From: Candidatus Latescibacterota bacterium | GTDB taxonomy: Bacteria; Latescibacterota; UBA2968; UBA8231 | Reading direction: 5' to 3' | Assembly: GCA_965208105.1 (NCBI GenBank) | Contig: OZ242318.1 | Span: 928,001-992,000 of the forward strand | DNA length: 64,000 nt | Shown: positions 61,420 through 64,000 of the stretch, piece by piece | Layout: every line of letters begins with the position of its first letter | Numbering within the stretch: position 1 is the stretch's first letter | Notes under the pieces: model-generated | Seen by the model: only the letters and a program-made list of their open reading frames with translations | Databases searched by the model: none | Told to the model about the DNA's origin: nothing | Program-made: the position numbers and the translations under genes

Positions 61420-62037
61420 ATGGTCACGACGCCGCAATCCATCGCCGCAGCCCTCGACCGTTTGGCCGCACGGGACGACGACATCGCCCGCACGCTTGCC
61501 GAGGTCGGTTATCCGGAGCCGCGCGGGCGCGAACCCGGCTTCGCCACCCTGCTGAACATCATCGTCGGTCAACAGGTCTCGGTGCAGTCAGCGACCGCGA
61601 TACGGGAACGGCTTCTCACCGCGGCCGATCCGTTGACGCCGGCCTCGTTCCTGACCCTTGACGACGCAACGTTGCGAGGTATCGGTTTCAGCCGCCGAAA
61701 GATCGAGTATGGTCGTCTCCTGGCGCGGGACATCCTGGAAGGCCGCTTCGATCCGGACGGTCTGCCCGCCCTGGACGATGCGGCGGTGTTGGAACAGATC
61801 GTCGCGCGCAAGGGACTGGGGCGCTGGAGCGCGGAGATCTACATGCTGTTCGCGCTGGGCCGAGCCGATACCTGGCCGGCCGACGATCTGGCGGTGCGGA
61901 TCGCCGTGCATCATCTGAAGGGCCTGGACGAGCGGCCCGACCGCGCCACCATGGACCGGCTCGCCGAGCCCTGGCGTCCTTATCGCGGTGCCGTGGCGCT
62001 GCTGATGTGGCATGTTTACCGCAAGGCAGCGTTGTGA
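61420..62037 (+). CDS. alkA: DNA-3-methyladenine glycosylase II (HhH-GPD)
   Basis: IVGQQVS, GFSRRKIEY, KGLGRWSAEIYMLF, WPADDLAV and WRPYRG. Confidence 0.9.
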   Translation: MVTTPQSIAAALDRLAARDDDIARTLAEVGYPEPRGREPGFATLLNIIVGQQVSVQSATAIRERLLTAADPLTPASFLTLDDATLRGIGFSRRKIEYGRLLARDILEGRFDPDGLPALDDAAVLEQIVARKGLGRWSAEIYMLFALGRADTWPADDLAVRIAVHHLKGLDERPDRATMDRLAEPWRPYRGAVALLMWHVYRKAAL

Positions 62038-62154
62038 CGCACGGATGGATAGCTCCAATTTCTCCCGAACGGGATGCAGTGTCACGGCGCACAGGTACAC
62101 TTCACCTACGTACCGTGACAGAATCAGGCGTAGCTGCGATCGGCGCTCGGCGTC

Positions 62155-63786
62155 CTATCCCTTGTGGCGGACATGCAGCTGCACGGCATCCAGGGTGAGC
62201 GGTGTCCGCATCGATTCGTCGCGCTTTCTTATCAGTAGCTCTACCCGATTTTCCCCTCTCTCGACCTGATCCGCTTGCAGGAGACATTCCAGCCATTGTC
62301 CCCCGGTGGATTCCTGCGATGGGGCGCCTGGCGCCAGGCTGTCGAGGGCATGGTCGTTGAGCGTCACGGCGAGATCGTCTCGGTCCGTCCGATCCCACAG
62401 GTGGAGGCGAAAGCGCAGCTCGGAGATGTCTCCGCTTTTCACATTTGCGCCCACCTGGAAGTGCGTGCGGGCGGGCACGCCCGCTTCCAGCTCAAGCTGC
62501 TTGACCTCTTCGTTTCTGGAAGCGCCAACGAATCGATCCACACCGAATATCATGTCCTTCCCCGCCAGCGTGGCAGGGTCTCCGATCTCCCGCCAGACAT
62601 CGGTGGGGGTGCTGTGAAACCCATTGAAGACGTAGATCCCGTCGGCGCCGGCATGCCAGAGGTTCATGGCGCCGCCGCGCCATACCGCCTCCGTTCCCGG
62701 CCACGAGTTCCACACCGTGATATAACACGGTTTGTCCAGGTCGTTCGGGTGGCCGCCGTACTGAGTTTTCACCCATGATTGAAACGTCCGGTGCCCGGCT
62801 GCCCCGAGATCGAGAAAAACCCAGTGATGCCAGGACGGCCATTCGATGGATGCATACACCGGCACCTCGTATCGGTGCCCCAGATCCACGATCTCGCGAA
62901 ACGACTCGATCATCATCCAGTTGGGAAGGCCGCCTGCGATAACAATATCGATAAGATCTTCAGCCAGCCATGTCTCGATGTCCAGGCCGATGTAACGCGC
63001 ATCCGCAACCGTGAACGGCGTGCGCGCTGCCAGCAGCAACGGACGTCCTCTTCGGCGGCTCTCCTCGTCGATCATTCTGCGTAAACGCCGCACCAGGTCG
63101 GTCATGAGCTCCAGGTGCTGCTCCTCTACCGGCAGGCCTTCCATGGCGGGCGGGAAATAGACCGGATCGCGGAAGAAGTCCAGCTCCACCCCGTCTACGT
63201 CGTATCCCTGGCATACCTCCCGAATCAGCGAGAAGACATGCTCCCGCACCTCGGCATAGCTGAAATCGAGGGAGGTCCAGCTGTGTTTGGGTCCATGAGA
63301 ATACCTGTCGAAATCGTCTTGCTGACCCATAATGCATTGCGGGTGCTGCTGTTTGAAGGGAGCAAGACCGTGGTAATCGACGCGGTATCCTGGCGGATGG
63401 GCATCGTGGGTGTCGTTCATCCGCATTGACCAGAATACCTCCAGGCCGCTGTGGTGACCGAAGTCGGTCTGAATTTGCAGACTGTCGCGCCCGTAGCGGT
63501 CCACGAGCTCCCGGGGAACATCTTTACCGATGAACCCCCCCAGTCGGGTGTGGTGGGCAAAGGTGAAGCCACCCCTGCAGGTGCAATACCAATGGCTGTC
63601 CACCTGTGTTCCCAACAGCGGCGCGGCGCGCGCATCGAGAACATCGCGACTGAGCTCGCCTCCACTGCGCCTCATGAATTGCCAGTGGACGCCGTGGTGG
63701 TTCTTAGCCTCCCGCGCGTCATTTCCGTCATTGTTGTAGATGATGCGCCGTCGTCGCCATCGGGCTTTCTTCCTGTTCTCGTCCAT
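62155..63786 (-). CDS. GH-like TIM-barrel protein (GHL10-like), paralog of 53987-55633
   Basis: IIYNNDGND, SMRMNDTHD, LDFSYAEVREH, GYDVDGVELDFFR and GADGIYVFN. Confidence 0.72.
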   Translation of the reverse strand: MDENRKKARWRRRRIIYNNDGNDAREAKNHHGVHWQFMRRSGGELSRDVLDARAAPLLGTQVDSHWYCTCRGGFTFAHHTRLGGFIGKDVPRELVDRYGRDSLQIQTDFGHHSGLEVFWSMRMNDTHDAHPPGYRVDYHGLAPFKQQHPQCIMGQQDDFDRYSHGPKHSWTSLDFSYAEVREHVFSLIREVCQGYDVDGVELDFFRDPVYFPPAMEGLPVEEQHLELMTDLVRRLRRMIDEESRRRGRPLLLAARTPFTVADARYIGLDIETWLAEDLIDIVIAGGLPNWMMIESFREIVDLGHRYEVPVYASIEWPSWHHWVFLDLGAAGHRTFQSWVKTQYGGHPNDLDKPCYITVWNSWPGTEAVWRGGAMNLWHAGADGIYVFNGFHSTPTDVWREIGDPATLAGKDMIFGVDRFVGASRNEEVKQLELEAGVPARTHFQVGANVKSGDISELRFRLHLWDRTDRDDLAVTLNDHALDSLAPGAPSQESTGGQWLECLLQADQVERGENRVELLIRKRDESMRTPLTLDAVQLHVRHKG

Positions 63787-63848
63787 GGGTTACTCCTGTT
63801 GGGTGTCGGGGATTCATGCGGGGTGTCACCCACGCACCCGTTACAGAT

Positions 63849-64000
63849 TCATGCGTCGTCGAATTCTACTGGATGGCGAATGATCTCATCCAACTCGGGC
63901 GCCGTCAGAAGCGAGTGGCAGTACTGGATTTGCCAGATCCCGTTGTCGGTCCAGAAACGGCTGAAGTCCCGTCGCTCGCATTCGAAAACATCTGCAAAGC
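63849..64000 (-). CDS. 3' end of a hypothetical protein (window edge)
   Basis: Hand translation ...FADVFECERRDFSRFWTDNGIWQIQYCHSLLTAPELDEIIRHPVEFDDA*, ending just upstream of the RBS of the next gene. Confidence 0.5.
   Translation of the reverse strand, partial: FADVFECERRDFSRFWTDNGIWQIQYCHSLLTAPELDEIIRHPVEFDDA

Overview
High-GC bacterial DNA, densely coding, with about 45 intact or partial CDS. I found no rRNA, tRNA or CRISPR array. The gene mix (PhyH dioxygenase, ankyrin proteins, ERG4/ERG24-type sterol reductase, DMFase-family protein, many signal-peptide-less glycoside-hydrolase-like paralogs) suggests an uncultured marine or host-associated lineage such as Latescibacterota; this is inference only. 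Layout: (i) 1.3-10.5 kb, an operon of a histidine phosphatase, two metallophosphoesterase-PQQ-propeller fusions and GH-like genes; (ii) 10.6-42.5 kb, mostly housekeeping (TonB receptor, csp, RRM protein, ppc, LOG, glycosyltransferase, UDP-GlcA decarboxylase, fused IOR, rpiA, TRAP transporter, thrC-like, katG plus sterol reductase, IlvD/Edd dehydratase); (iii) 42.5-64 kb, an accessory catabolic region. Main observations: (a) six uncharacterised propeller plus beta-sandwich GH-like paralogs in two subtypes, twice arranged as B->A pairs, plus four GH-like TIM-barrel proteins, one propeller being translationally coupled to a GcvT-family dehydrogenase; (b) several 'collapsed' genes in intergenic gaps that have lost large internal parts (fbp in three pieces, higBA with intact promoter and operator, an MDR dehydrogenase, a Gfo/Idh/MocA protein), plus ankyrin and IS91 scraps; (c) a 168-bp CTAG-bounded palindromic MITE-like element that supplies a stop codon. 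All family calls rest on motif recognition; no database search was run.
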